Positions 1 to 9,966 of a stretch of 64,000 bases of DNA are shown piece after piece. This stretch comes from an uncultured bacterium (GTDB taxonomy: Bacteria; Methylomirabilota; Methylomirabilia; Rokubacteriales; DASRDR01). The stretch is taken from NCBI GenBank assembly GCA_964463175.1, contig CAYXBJ010000092.1, positions 70,931-134,930 on the forward strand. Direction: 5' to 3'. Made by a program: the position numbers and the translations under genes. How positions within the stretch are numbered: position 1 is the first letter of the stretch; every line of letters starts with the position of its first letter. Under the pieces are notes generated by a model that was given only the letters and a program-made list of their open reading frames with translations, was not told the DNA's origin and ran no database searches.

Positions 1-1
1 G

Positions 2-235
2 TTCTGGCTGGCCGACAATCTCGCCCTCCAGGGACGGGAGAGCGAGGCGCGCGAGTTGTTCGAGCGGCTGCTGGCCGTGCGCAACGACGTGGGGCTCCTG
101 TCGGAGGAGTACGATCCGGCCACGCGCCGGCTCCTGGGAAACTTCCCCCAGGCATTTGCCCACATGGGCCTGGTCAACACGGCGCGGAACCTGACGGGCG
201 GCGGCGGGCCGGCCGAGCATCGCCCCGACCACTGA
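2..235 (+). CDS. 3' end of a glycoside hydrolase family 15 (glucoamylase-like) protein, partial at the window edge
   Basis: Frame-2 translation ends ...LLSEEYDPATRRLLGNFPQAFAHMGLVNTARNL, which matches the conserved C-terminal motif of GH15 enzymes; stop at 233-235. Confidence 0.5.
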   Translation, partial: FWLADNLALQGRESEARELFERLLAVRNDVGLLSEEYDPATRRLLGNFPQAFAHMGLVNTARNLTGGGGPAEHRPDH

Positions 236-376
236 GCGAGGGCGCGGAGGCGCCGAGATCGGGGACGTCGTTCACGTCGAGTCACCCGAGCCGACCGCCG
301 ACCTCGACACGGCGGCGCCCACGCCCGTTCGCCCGTCGTCGACGGCCGCCGCCCTCCGGCCGGGCGCGCGGGCGGG

Positions 377-1120
377 CTAGCGCCAGTGCCCGAGGCGGCG
401 GTTCACCCGCTCGAGCGCGAGGACGATCGCGACCGAGAGGATGGACACGAGCGCCGTCGCGGCGAACAGGTCCGGGGCGCGGAACGCGTTCGCGAGGCTC
501 ACCAGCAGGAAGCCCATGCCCCGGATCCCGCCGAACATCTCGACCACGAGCACGCCTAGCAGACAGAACACGATCCCCAGCTTCATCCCGGCGAGGACCG
601 CCGGCAGCACGGCCGGCAGGATGACCTTCCGGTAGAGCTGCGCCGGGGTCGCCCCCAGCGAGCGCGCCACCTGGAGCGGCATCCGGTCGACGTCCCGCAC
701 GCCGCCGGCCACCAAGAGGCAGATGGGAAAGAACCCCTGGAGCACGCCGTAGACGACCGCCGGTGTCGCGGCGAGCCCGAAGGCCAGGAGGATCCACGGC
801 AGCACCAGGATCTTCGGCAGCGCGTAGGCCAGGACGAGGAACGGGCTCAGCACGTCGTGGAGGTAGCGCACGCCGCCGATCAGGAGCCCGGCGCCGACGC
901 CGAGCGTCACGGCGAGCACGTAGGCGATGAGGGTCTTCCCCAGCGTCTCGCCGAGCAGGCCGACCGCCTCCGGGCCGATCGTCCGGAAGGCGCGCAGCAC
1001 CGACGACGGCGCCGGCACGAAGAGCGGATCGGCCCAGCCCACCCGCACGGCGAGCTCCCACCCGGCGAGGAGCGCGACGATCGACAGCGCCTGGAACAGT
1101 CGGCGCCGGCCCGCGCTCAC
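377..1120 (-). CDS. ABC transporter permease, NitT/TauT (nitrate/sulfonate/bicarbonate) family
   Basis: 247-aa polytopic protein with a BPD-transporter EAA-like loop (ARSLGATPAQLYRKVILP); adjacent to a second permease and an ATPase. Confidence 0.85.
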   Translation of the reverse strand: MSAGRRRLFQALSIVALLAGWELAVRVGWADPLFVPAPSSVLRAFRTIGPEAVGLLGETLGKTLIAYVLAVTLGVGAGLLIGGVRYLHDVLSPFLVLAYALPKILVLPWILLAFGLAATPAVVYGVLQGFFPICLLVAGGVRDVDRMPLQVARSLGATPAQLYRKVILPAVLPAVLAGMKLGIVFCLLGVLVVEMFGGIRGMGFLLVSLANAFRAPDLFAATALVSILSVAIVLALERVNRRLGHWR

Positions 1121-1172
1121 GGGGCGCTTCCGACGCGGCCGGCGGCGCTCGGCCGGGGCGCGGCCCGCGGTC

Positions 1173-1932
1173 TCATGCCGCGCCCTCGGTCCACCGCCGG
1201 GCCCGCGACTCGGTCCAGGCGGCGAGGGCGTCGACGACCAGGACCAGCAGGAGCGCCAGGAGCGCGAGGGCGGCGTAATCCGCGGTCCGGAAGAAGCCGT
1301 ACGTGTAGTTGATGAGGTACCCGAGGCCCCGACGCGCGCCGAGGATCTCGCCGACCAGCACCCCGACCACCGTGAGCGCGAGCCCCGCCCGGAGCCCGGC
1401 CACCAGCGTGGCGGTGATCGCGGGCAGGACGACCTTGACGAAGCACGCGCCCGGCCGGGCGCCGAGCGCCCGCGAGACCGTCAGGAGGTGCGGCTCCACG
1501 GCGCGGAGCCCCGCGAGCACCGCCAGCACCACCGGAAAGAAGCCGAGCAGCACGCCGAAGGCGATCTTCGACGCCGGACCCAGGCCGAAGAAGAGCATCA
1601 AGGACGGGTACCAGACGACGCTCGGAATCGCGTAGCACGCCGAGAGGAGCGGCTCGTAGATCTCCCCCACGTGTCGGGGCAGGCCGAGGGCGAAGCCGAG
1701 CGCGAGACCGAGGCCGACCGCGAGCGCGTACGCGACGAGCACCTCGAACACCGTGAGCCCGAAGTGCATCGGCAGGGCCGGATACGCTTCCAGGCGGAGC
1801 AGCCGCAGCAGCGCCGGCATCACGCGCGAGGGCGGCACGTAGAGGAGCGGGTCGCGATGCCGCGCCCAGAGCTCCCAGACGACGAGGAGCCCGGCGAGCA
1901 GGACGAGGCGGCCGAGCGCGATGCGCCTCACG
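1173..1932 (-). CDS. ABC transporter permease (second subunit, NitT/TauT family)
   Basis: C-terminal part of the 467-aa track ORF has the permease signature (SRALGARPGACFVKVVLP). Likely GTG start at 1932, overlapping the ATPase stop by 4 nt (GTGA). The upstream 200 aa of the track ORF are a wrong-frame artefact across the ATPase gene. Confidence 0.8.
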
Positions 1933-2728
1933 CCCCGCCGTCGAGCGCGCGGCGCGACTCGTCGCGGATCGCGTCCCAGAGCGCGCGCCGGAGGGTCGCC
2001 GCGTCCGCGGCATCGAGGTCGCGCGGCGTCGGGAGCGACACCTCGAAGCTGGCCTTGATCCGACCCGGCCGCGCCGTCATGACCACGATGCGCTGCGAGA
2101 GCAGGATCGCCTCCTGCAGGCTGTGGGTCACGAAGACGACGGTCTTTCGCGTCCGCGCCCAGATGCCGAGGAGCCACTCGCCCATCAGGAGCCGCGTCTG
2201 CTCGTCCAGCGCCCCGAATGGCTCGTCCATGAGCAGGATGGGCGCATCGAGGGCGAGCGCGCGCGCGATGGCCACGCGCTGCTTCATCCCCCCGGAAAGC
2301 TCGCGGGGATAGCGGCGCTCGAACCCGCGCAGCCCGACCGGCTCGAGGAGCGCCCGCGCCCGCTCGCGCCGCGCCGGGCCTGGCATGCCCTGGAGCTCCA
2401 GCCCGAACTCCACGTTCTCGAGCGCCGTCCGCCAGGGAAAGAGTCCCGGATCCTGGAACACCATCGCCATCTGGCGCGGATCCGGCCCGGTCACCGGGTG
2501 CCCGGCGATGCGAACCTCGCCGCTGTCGGGCGGGGTCAACCCGCCGATGATCGACAGCAGCGTCGACTTGCCGCATCCCGACGGGCCCAGCACCGTGAGG
2601 AACTCCTGCGGCGCGATGTCAAGCGAGACGGCCTCCAGCGCGGGCACCGGCTGGTCCCGCGTGAGCCACTGCTTGCCGACGGCGCGCACCTCGATGTGGG
2701 CAGCGGTCGCGGCGCTCACGGGCCGCAT
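1928..2728 (-). CDS. ABC transporter ATP-binding protein (SsuB/TauB-like)
   Basis: Walker A GPSGCGKST, ABC signature LSGGMKQRVAIARA, Walker B LLMDEPFGALD. Confidence 0.9.
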   Translation of the reverse strand: MRPVSAATAAHIEVRAVGKQWLTRDQPVPALEAVSLDIAPQEFLTVLGPSGCGKSTLLSIIGGLTPPDSGEVRIAGHPVTGPDPRQMAMVFQDPGLFPWRTALENVEFGLELQGMPGPARRERARALLEPVGLRGFERRYPRELSGGMKQRVAIARALALDAPILLMDEPFGALDEQTRLLMGEWLLGIWARTRKTVVFVTHSLQEAILLSQRIVVMTARPGRIKASFEVSLPTPRDLDAADAATLRRALWDAIRDESRRALDGGA

Positions 2729-2773
2729 CCTATCCTGCCCGGCCGGTCGGCGGCGAGAGGTGCGCGCGGGGAC

Positions 2774-5401
2774 TCAGCGTGGCGCGGGCGCGCCACCCGC
2801 GCCGCGAACCGGCGCCAGGGCGGCCAGGCGTTCCGCCAGGATCGTCCGCACGTCCGGCACCACGGTCACCTCGTCGATGTCGAGCGTGCCGCGGCCGAGG
2901 TAGTGCACCTGGAGCTCGAGATCCACCGGCTCCTGGTCCGTCGCAAACGGCAGGGCGGCCTCTTCCCACGCGCCCGGCGCCCCCGGCGTCCAGTCGCGCG
3001 CCGCGACCACGTCCGCGCCGCGCCCCGGCAGGCTCCGGAGGATCTCGAGCCGCGCGATCGGGCCCGCGCTCGGGTGCGTGGCGCGCAGGCGGTAGGTCGC
3101 GCGGTACCGGCCGCGAAGGAAGTGCTCGGGCAGCCAGACCTTCAGGACGCTCGGGGGCGTCCCGCCGGCCGCGGCGCGCAGGAACTGGCCGCCGCCGGCC
3201 GTCTCGTCCTCGACCACGACGCCGATCCGCGCCGGGCTCGCCTCCGCCTGCTGGCGAAACGTGTGGCCGTACCAGGTGAAGCGGCCCCGCCCGACGAGGG
3301 TCGCCCACTGCTGCCGCCAGCTCTCGCCGTCGGGGCGGGCGACGAGCGCGACGAGTGCGTCGAGCAGCCCGGGCGCAGCCCGCTCGAGCGCGGCCAGCGC
3401 GGCGCGGGCGCCGTCCGGCTGTCCAGCCCGGACGTGCGCCCAGGCGAGATCGAGGAGCCGCGCCGGCTCCATCCAGCGGGTGCCCCGGCAGGCGTCCAGC
3501 TCGCGAATAGCCGCCGCCCACTCTCCCAGCGCGAGGCGCTGGTCGGCCACCTCGCACGGCGTGCGGAGCAGGCGGACGGCGACACGGCCCTCGCCCGGCT
3601 CGAACCCCAGCCGATAGACGTGCGTGAACCAGGGGAACCCTCGGGGCGGGTCGACCTCCACGATGGTGGCGCGCCGGGCGCTGACGTCCCAGCCCCGGCT
3701 GTGGAATCCCCAGTGCGCGCGGAGCCGACCTTCTCCGGACAGGGCGAGCGTGACGCGGGGCATGGCGGTCCGCGACACCAGCATCCAGGTCCGCGGAAAG
3801 CCCGGCATCAGCACGATGGCTCGCCGATCGGGCACCGCGTCGGGATCCAGGAACACGACGTCCTCGTCGGAGGTCACGTCGTCGGGCGGCGGGAACGCAT
3901 ACGGCACGCTCATGGACTCGAGGTCGTAGTAGCGGATGGTCGGCGACATGAACCCGCGCGGGAGCCACTCGAATCGCCGCAGGAGCTTCCCCTCGCGCTC
4001 GAGACGCGCGAGGGCGCCGATCGCCGCCTCGCTGCGCTGGGCCGAGTACCAGACATGCAGCCGGTCGTCGCTCTGGCTGTCCGTCTGGAGCAGCGGGCCG
4101 CGCTCGCGCGGATCGTCCTGGGCGAACTCGCTGAGCCCGATGACCCGCGTCTCCGGGGGCACATCGCGCCGCCGCCACCGGAGTGCGTGCTCCCGCGTGT
4201 CGTCCGTCCAGAAGAGGAACGCGACGTTCAGCGCGTCCATCGCCCCCACCGCGAGCAGCGTCACCATCGCCGCCAGCGCCATTCGGCGGGACCAGCGGGC
4301 CAGCCGCGCCACGGCCACCGCGGCGGCAGTCGCCGCAAACGGGGCCAGGATCACGAGGTAGCGATCGTCGAGCCCATGCGGCCGGAACCAGACGTAGATC
4401 CCGACCAGGATGGCCGGTGTCGTCAGGACGAGCGCGCCCGGCCAGCCGCGCCGCGCGAGGAGCGCGGCGCCGGCGAGCGCGGCGAGTCCGAACAGCGCGC
4501 CGAACCAGTCGAGGGCCAGCCCGATCAGGACGCGGCTGCCGAGCCAGAGCCGCTCGAGCGCCCCCAGGGGCACGCCCAGGAACATCTCGGGGGACTCCCG
4601 CACCTGGGCGAGGAACCGGTGCGGCTCGAGCAGCAGCAGCGGGGTGCTGAGGGCAAAGGCGACGACCGCCAGGATCCCGGCGCCGGCGAGGAGCGCGACG
4701 GCGCGGGCCGGCGAGCGACGCCGCGCGCCGGCGACCGCCACGAGCGCGGTGGCGAGCACGACCACGCCGAAGAACTTGGCGGAGGCGGCGAGCCCCGCCA
4801 GCACGCCCGTCAGCAGGATCGGCGTGGCGCCCCCGGTCACCAGCGCGGTCGCCGCGGCGCCGAACGCCGCGACCACGAAGAAGGCCTGGGGCACGTCGCC
4901 CATCTCGTAGTGGGCGTTCACGATCGACACCGGGCTCAGCGCCAGGAGGCCGGCCGCCAGGAGCCCGACGCGCCAGCCGAACAACCGGCGCGTCGCGACG
5001 GCGAGGAGGCCCACCGTCGCCGTGCCCAGCACCGCGTTGAGGAGTCGCACGGTGACGACCAGCTGCGACCACGTGGGCGCCCCGGCCGGACCGTGCGGAT
5101 CGATGAGGCTCCCGATCCGCAGGAGCAGCGCGGCGAGGTACATGTGGAGGACCGGGTACGTGTCTTCGGGGACGAGATCGCCCCGCATGAACGGGACGAC
5201 CCGCAAGAGCTGCTTCGTGGTGTCCGAGTGGTAGATCCAGTCGGGCAGCCCGTAGGCGAGGCCCGCCACGCGCAGCAGGAACGCTCCCACGAGAATCGCG
5301 GGGAGGAGCGCGCGCGCCCAGGCGGGGCGCGCCGCGACACCGGAGTCGAAGCCCGGCACGCGCGACGCGAGCGGCACGCCCCGATTGTACTCGGCGCTCA
5401 C
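2774..5401 (-). CDS. GT-C fold membrane glycosyltransferase-like protein (GT39/PMT/ArnT-like N-terminal polytopic domain) with a ~500-aa C-terminal extracytoplasmic domain
   Basis: 875 aa. About 12 predicted TM helices in the first 400 aa, with the composition and topology typical of dolichyl-phosphate-mannose protein mannosyltransferase/ArnT-like proteins. Large soluble C-terminal region. Start codon uncertain. Confidence 0.6.
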   Translation of the reverse strand: MSAEYNRGVPLASRVPGFDSGVAARPAWARALLPAILVGAFLLRVAGLAYGLPDWIYHSDTTKQLLRVVPFMRGDLVPEDTYPVLHMYLAALLLRIGSLIDPHGPAGAPTWSQLVVTVRLLNAVLGTATVGLLAVATRRLFGWRVGLLAAGLLALSPVSIVNAHYEMGDVPQAFFVVAAFGAAATALVTGGATPILLTGVLAGLAASAKFFGVVVLATALVAVAGARRRSPARAVALLAGAGILAVVAFALSTPLLLLEPHRFLAQVRESPEMFLGVPLGALERLWLGSRVLIGLALDWFGALFGLAALAGAALLARRGWPGALVLTTPAILVGIYVWFRPHGLDDRYLVILAPFAATAAAVAVARLARWSRRMALAAMVTLLAVGAMDALNVAFLFWTDDTREHALRWRRRDVPPETRVIGLSEFAQDDPRERGPLLQTDSQSDDRLHVWYSAQRSEAAIGALARLEREGKLLRRFEWLPRGFMSPTIRYYDLESMSVPYAFPPPDDVTSDEDVVFLDPDAVPDRRAIVLMPGFPRTWMLVSRTAMPRVTLALSGEGRLRAHWGFHSRGWDVSARRATIVEVDPPRGFPWFTHVYRLGFEPGEGRVAVRLLRTPCEVADQRLALGEWAAAIRELDACRGTRWMEPARLLDLAWAHVRAGQPDGARAALAALERAAPGLLDALVALVARPDGESWRQQWATLVGRGRFTWYGHTFRQQAEASPARIGVVVEDETAGGGQFLRAAAGGTPPSVLKVWLPEHFLRGRYRATYRLRATHPSAGPIARLEILRSLPGRGADVVAARDWTPGAPGAWEEAALPFATDQEPVDLELQVHYLGRGTLDIDEVTVVPDVRTILAERLAALAPVRGAGGAPAPR

Positions 5402-5460
5402 GCGCGGGCGGAGCCGCGACGCCCGGCGGCTCGAGGGAACGATGGTACACTCCGTCCGCC

Positions 5461-6555
5461 ATGCCGCCGCGCTGGCGTCCGATCCTCGCCCAGATCGAGC
5501 CCTACGTCGTGCCGCCGCCGCTCGATGCGCTCGCGGCCGAGCTGGGCCAGCCGATCCTGCGCCTGTCCGCCAACGAGAATCCGGTGGGCCCGTCGCCCCT
5601 CGCCGTCGAGGCGATTCGCCGCGAGGCCGCGCGCATCCATCTCTACCCCGACGGGGGGGCGCCGACGCTCGCCCACGCGGTGGCCGAGACGCTCGGGATC
5701 GTGCCCGCGCAGCTCCTATTCGGCAACGGCGGCGACGAGATCATCACGCTGCTCGTCCGGGCGCTCGTGGATCCCGGTGATGACGTGGTCATCCCCGAGC
5801 CCTCGTTCGAGCCGTACTCCACCACGACGCTTCTGGCCGGCGGGCGGGTCGTCGCGAGCCCGCTGCGCGACTATCGCATCGACCTCGACGACGTCCTTCG
5901 CCGCATCGGACCCCGCACGAAGCTCGTCTGCCTCACGAGCCCGCACAATCCGACCGGCACGGTGCTCGACCGCGCCGAGTGGGAGCGGTTCTGCGCGCGC
6001 TGCCCACAGGACGTCATGGTCCTGCTCGACGAGGCGTACATCGACTTCATCGAGGCGCCAGCGCGCGCGGCGGACGGGCTCGCGACCCTCGGGACCCGGC
6101 CGGAGAGCCTGGTGCTCCTCCGGACGTTCTCCAAGATCACCGGCCTCGCCGGGCTCCGGGTCGGGTATGCCATCGCCGCCTCGGGCGTGATGGGCCAGCT
6201 CGAGCGAGTCCGCGAGCCGTTCAACGTCGGCCGGCTGGCGCAGGCCGGCGCGGCGGCCGGCGTGCGGGACGCCGCGCACCGAGAGCGGACGCGCCAGGTC
6301 GTGTGGGCCGAGCGGCGGGCGCTCGCGGCGGCGTTCGCCGCCCGCGGGCTCCGGCATCCGCCGACCGAGGCCAACTTCTTCCTGGTGCGGCTGGGACGGC
6401 CGACGGGCCCGGTGGTGCGGGCGCTCCGGGCCCGGGGCGTGCTCGTGCGGGACGGCGCCGCCGTCGGCTACCCGGAGCACCTCCGGATCACCGTCGGCAC
6501 CGCGGAGCAGAACGCGCGTCTGCTCGACGCGCTCGATCGAGCCCTGGCCGGCTGA
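5461..6555 (+). CDS. hisC: histidinol-phosphate aminotransferase
   Basis: 364 aa. Class I/II aminotransferase with SANENPVGPSP, SPHNPTG and the TFSKITGLAGLRVGY PLP-lysine motif. Confidence 0.85.
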   Translation: MPPRWRPILAQIEPYVVPPPLDALAAELGQPILRLSANENPVGPSPLAVEAIRREAARIHLYPDGGAPTLAHAVAETLGIVPAQLLFGNGGDEIITLLVRALVDPGDDVVIPEPSFEPYSTTTLLAGGRVVASPLRDYRIDLDDVLRRIGPRTKLVCLTSPHNPTGTVLDRAEWERFCARCPQDVMVLLDEAYIDFIEAPARAADGLATLGTRPESLVLLRTFSKITGLAGLRVGYAIAASGVMGQLERVREPFNVGRLAQAGAAAGVRDAAHRERTRQVVWAERRALAAAFAARGLRHPPTEANFFLVRLGRPTGPVVRALRARGVLVRDGAAVGYPEHLRITVGTAEQNARLLDALDRALAG

Positions 6556-6567
6556 CGCCGGCCGGTG

Positions 6568-7047
6568 TTACGGCGTGGTCTTCGCCGACGCGCGGCCCGC
6601 GACCGGCGTCGCCTTGGGCCGACCGGACGCCGAGGCGACCACCTTCGTCGGCTTGGCCTTCTCGGGCTTCTCGGCCTTGGCGGCCGTGGCCCGCGGCGTG
6701 GCCGCCGCCTTCTCCAGGGTCGCGATCCGCTCGGTGAGGGAGTCCTTCTCCGCCGAGATCGCCGCCAGCCGCTTCTGGATCACATCGACCTGCCGCTGCG
6801 CATCCTCGGCTCGGAGGCGCTGCGACTCTGCCTCGGCCCGGAGGCCGTTGACCTGTGCACCGAGCGCCTCGGCGCGGGTCGCGGCTTGGTTCCACTGGTA
6901 GCCGACGAAGACGAGCGCGAGCGCGAGGATCACGCTGGCGATCGCGCCCCACGCGCGGCGCCGCGGCTCCTCCTCGTACATTTCGTCCATGTCGTCGTCG
7001 GGCGTCTCGCGCGGTAGCGGCTTGAGCTCTTGCTGGATCGTAGCCAT
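6568..7047 (-). CDS. hypothetical membrane-anchored coiled-coil protein (FtsB/DivIC-like topology)
   Basis: Start at internal ATG (MATIQQEL). Acidic N-terminus, one TM helix (AWGAIASVILALALVFVGYQW), coiled-coil region, Ala/Lys/Pro-rich tail. Confidence 0.4.
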   Translation of the reverse strand: MATIQQELKPLPRETPDDDMDEMYEEEPRRRAWGAIASVILALALVFVGYQWNQAATRAEALGAQVNGLRAEAESQRLRAEDAQRQVDVIQKRLAAISAEKDSLTERIATLEKAAATPRATAAKAEKPEKAKPTKVVASASGRPKATPVAGRASAKTTP

Positions 7048-7189
7048 GCGTTCCCCCCTCGCGCGAAATTCTCCCATCCGGGCCACGACGCGCCCAAACA
7101 AATTCGCCGCGCGCGCGCCGGCCCACGTCGGAAAGTGCGTCGTCCCGGCGCGCTGCGGTATCATACGCAGCGAGGATCGGAAGCCGACG

Positions 7190-7750
7190 ATGGCGAGCGG
7201 CGATCCGGCGCGGACGGCCAGCCTGGCGCGCTTCTTCGAGCGCGTCGTGCGTCAGGCCCTCGGGGATCTGCGCCTCGGCGGCCCGGCCGAAGGCGCCTAC
7301 CTCGCCCAGCTCCTCTCGCGATTCGCGCGCACCGAGGAGCTCTACGCGATCCGGGACGCCGCCGGCCGGCCCCTCGACTCGGTCGCGGGGCTGCTCATCG
7401 AGGCCGAGCGGGCCTGGGACTTCCAGGCGCCGGATTTCGATCCGTTCCGGGAGCGTCGCATCCGCCAACACGTGGGGGATTACGCGCTGTTCATGACCGG
7501 CCTGTTCCGGGAGCACGTCGAGCGACGGGCCGGCGCCACCTACTACGTCCGCCAGGGGCAGCGGGCGTACCAGGCCGTGGCCGACTTCGAGCGCTCCGCC
7601 CTCCGGCCGGAAGCCGGCCTGTTCGCCGCCCTGGCCGCGGGCTTCGAGCGCTACGCCGCCGCCCTCGGCTACCTGAAGCGCGTCTACTTCCGCCCCGCCG
7701 AGTCGCCCCCGGCCCTCCAGCCCGTGCTCCGGCTCCTGACCCAATGGTAG
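7190..7750 (+). CDS. hypothetical protein
   Basis: Internal ATG (MASGDPART...) of track ORF 6989..7750. Non-low-complexity composition. Stop overlaps the next gene start (ATGGTAG). Confidence 0.45.
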   Translation: MASGDPARTASLARFFERVVRQALGDLRLGGPAEGAYLAQLLSRFARTEELYAIRDAAGRPLDSVAGLLIEAERAWDFQAPDFDPFRERRIRQHVGDYALFMTGLFREHVERRAGATYYVRQGQRAYQAVADFERSALRPEAGLFAALAAGFERYAAALGYLKRVYFRPAESPPALQPVLRLLTQW

Positions 7751-8955
7751 CGGCGGCCCTGGAGGCCCTGGTGGGCGGCGAGCCCACGGACGAGACCGTG
7801 GAGGCCGCCCTCGCGACGATCCCGACCGACGAGCTCGAGCCTGCGCTCCGCTGGCTCGCCAAGGAGCACGGGGCCGCGGCCCTCCCGATCCTCCGCCGCT
7901 GCCTGGCGAGCCGTCCGGAGCGCGCGGTCGCGGCCGCGCAGGCGCTCGGGACGCTCCCCCGACCCGAGGCGGCCGAGGTGCTCGAGGCCGCGGAAGCCCG
8001 CGCGACGGCCAAGGTCGTGCGCACCGCGGCCCGGCGGGCCCTCTACCGGCTCCGCCAGGCCGGCATCGACCCCCCGCCCGCCGCGCCGCCGGCGGTTGCG
8101 CCGCGCATCGGGCTCGGCGAGGCGTGGATGTCCGCGGTCGATGGCACCGGCGGCCGGGGGCTCTGGCTCACCCTCACCGGACCGTACGGCGAGCGCACCC
8201 TGCTCGCCGCGGTCCTCTCGGACGAGAGCGGGCTCCTGGATTTCTCGGCCGGCGCGATCGCCAAGAAGCGGGTCGCGGAGCGCCTCCGGGCTGTCCAGGC
8301 CGAGAGCCCGCTCCCCTGGGTGGCCGTGCCGCCCCGCTGGGCGTGGGCGACGCTCGTCGAGGCGGCGGAGCGCGCCCGTGCGGCGGGCGGCACCGTGCCC
8401 GCGGAGCTCGACCACTGGATCGCGCGGCTCGGGGCCGCGGGACCGGAGCCGGCACCGATCCATGCGCGGTTGCCGGCCGCCCTCCTCGCGGATCCGGCGC
8501 TGCTCGACGGGTCGGCGGCGCTCCTCGATCTTCCCGAGCTCACGGGCTGGTTCCTGGATCCGGCGAGCGTGGCGAGCGAGTCCGTGGAGTGGCTCCAGGC
8601 GCGCGAGAGCCGGCTGGTCGTCAGCGACCAGATCAAGGCGGAGCGGCTCGCCGCGCTCGTCGACCGGATCATCGAGACGCGCTTCGACGCGGTGACCCGC
8701 CGGCGCTGGCAGGGTCGCCTGGACGAGCAGGCCTACGTGCTGCTCGCGCTGGGGCGCCCGGCGGAGGCGGCCCGCGCCGTCGCGGTCGCGCGGGCCCTCG
8801 CCGATCCGGAGGCCCGGCTCACGCGTCTGCCCTTCCTCCGCGCCTTGGTCGAGCGGAGCCTCGAGATCGCCGGTGAAGTGGCCACGGGCCAGCTGTCCGC
8901 CGAGGTGGCGAGCCGCACGCCCCGCGCGCCCGTGGCGCCGGCCCGTACCGGTTAG
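7744..8955 (+). CDS. hypothetical protein with HEAT/PBS-lyase-like N-terminal repeats
   Basis: Start MVAAALEAL within track ORF 7030..8955. 403 aa, alpha-helical repeat-like N-terminus. Translationally coupled to flanking genes. Confidence 0.45.
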   Translation: MVAAALEALVGGEPTDETVEAALATIPTDELEPALRWLAKEHGAAALPILRRCLASRPERAVAAAQALGTLPRPEAAEVLEAAEARATAKVVRTAARRALYRLRQAGIDPPPAAPPAVAPRIGLGEAWMSAVDGTGGRGLWLTLTGPYGERTLLAAVLSDESGLLDFSAGAIAKKRVAERLRAVQAESPLPWVAVPPRWAWATLVEAAERARAAGGTVPAELDHWIARLGAAGPEPAPIHARLPAALLADPALLDGSAALLDLPELTGWFLDPASVASESVEWLQARESRLVVSDQIKAERLAALVDRIIETRFDAVTRRRWQGRLDEQAYVLLALGRPAEAARAVAVARALADPEARLTRLPFLRALVERSLEIAGEVATGQLSAEVASRTPRAPVAPARTG

Positions 8956-9944
8956 TGGGCGGACTCACCGATGTCGCCGGCCTCCTGGTCGGCCACGCCA
9001 CGGATCTCGTCGGGCTCACCGGATGCACGGCGGTGCTCTGCCCCGCGGGCGCGGTGGCCGCCGTCGAGGTGCGGGGGGGCGCGACGGGGCTCCTGGGCCT
9101 CGATCTCCTCGACCCCGGGCACGTCGCCACGCGGGTCCACGGCGCCGTCCTGGCCGGCGGCAGCGCGTTCGGGCTCGAGGCCTGCTTCGGCGTCATGGCC
9201 CATCTCGAGACGCGCGGCATCGGGCTCCCGACGACGGCCGGGCCGGTGCCATTGGTGATCGGTGCCATCCTCTACGATCTCGGCGTGGGCGCGCCCCACG
9301 TTCGGCCTGATCGTGCGATGGGCGAGCGCGCGGCCGCGGCCGCCGGGAGCGGTCCCGTCGCGGAAGGCTCGGTGGGCGCGGGGGCCGGCGCCTCGGTGGG
9401 CAAGGCATTCGGCCTCGGGCGAGCGATGAAGGGCGGGCTCGGGACCGCGAGTCGCCAGATCGGGCCCGCCACGGTCGGCGCGCTCGTGGCCGTCAACGCG
9501 TTCGGGGACGTCCGCGATCCCGTGACGGGCGGACTCCTCGCCGGCGCCCGCGACGCGCCCGACGGGCGCCAGCTGATCGACACGGCGCGCCAGCTCCGCG
9601 AGAATCGAATCATGCCGGGCTTCGGCCGGACCCACACCACGATCGGCATCGTTGCGACCGACGCGCCCCTCGACGCCGCCGAAGCGCGGCGGGTCGCGGC
9701 CCTCGGTCAGCTCGGGCTCGCGGCCGCGCTGTCGCCCCCCCATCTCAGCGTCGACGGGGACGCCCTCTTCTGCCTCGCCACCGGCTCCCTCGCGCGCGCG
9801 GAAAGCCCGACGGCCGACGCGCTGGGGCTCGCGGCGGCGGACTGCGTCGCGGAGGCGATTGCCCGCGCCATCCGGACGGCGGCCGCGCTCGGCGGGCTCC
9901 CGGCCTGGGGTGACCTGTTCGGCGCACCGGCGCGGGGCGCCTGA
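8955..9944 (+). CDS. DmpA/OAT-family aminopeptidase (peptidase S58, L-aminopeptidase/D-esterase)
   Basis: 329 aa with an N-terminal (V/M)GGLTDVAGLLVGHATD motif and the Gly/Ala-rich ArgJ/DmpA fold signature. GTG start overlaps the upstream stop (TAGTG). Confidence 0.7.
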   Translation: MGGLTDVAGLLVGHATDLVGLTGCTAVLCPAGAVAAVEVRGGATGLLGLDLLDPGHVATRVHGAVLAGGSAFGLEACFGVMAHLETRGIGLPTTAGPVPLVIGAILYDLGVGAPHVRPDRAMGERAAAAAGSGPVAEGSVGAGAGASVGKAFGLGRAMKGGLGTASRQIGPATVGALVAVNAFGDVRDPVTGGLLAGARDAPDGRQLIDTARQLRENRIMPGFGRTHTTIGIVATDAPLDAAEARRVAALGQLGLAAALSPPHLSVDGDALFCLATGSLARAESPTADALGLAAADCVAEAIARAIRTAAALGGLPAWGDLFGAPARGA

Positions 9945-9966
9945 GCGCCGAGGAGCGAGGCGGCCC

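Noticed and set aside
2123-6190. 1355-aa plus-strand ORF spanning the ABC ATPase, the GT39-like gene and hisC
   Set aside because: Translation is Arg/Gly/Pro/Ala-rich low complexity and runs antisense to, or out of frame with, three well-supported genes. This is typical of stop-codon-poor alternate frames in ~70% GC DNA.
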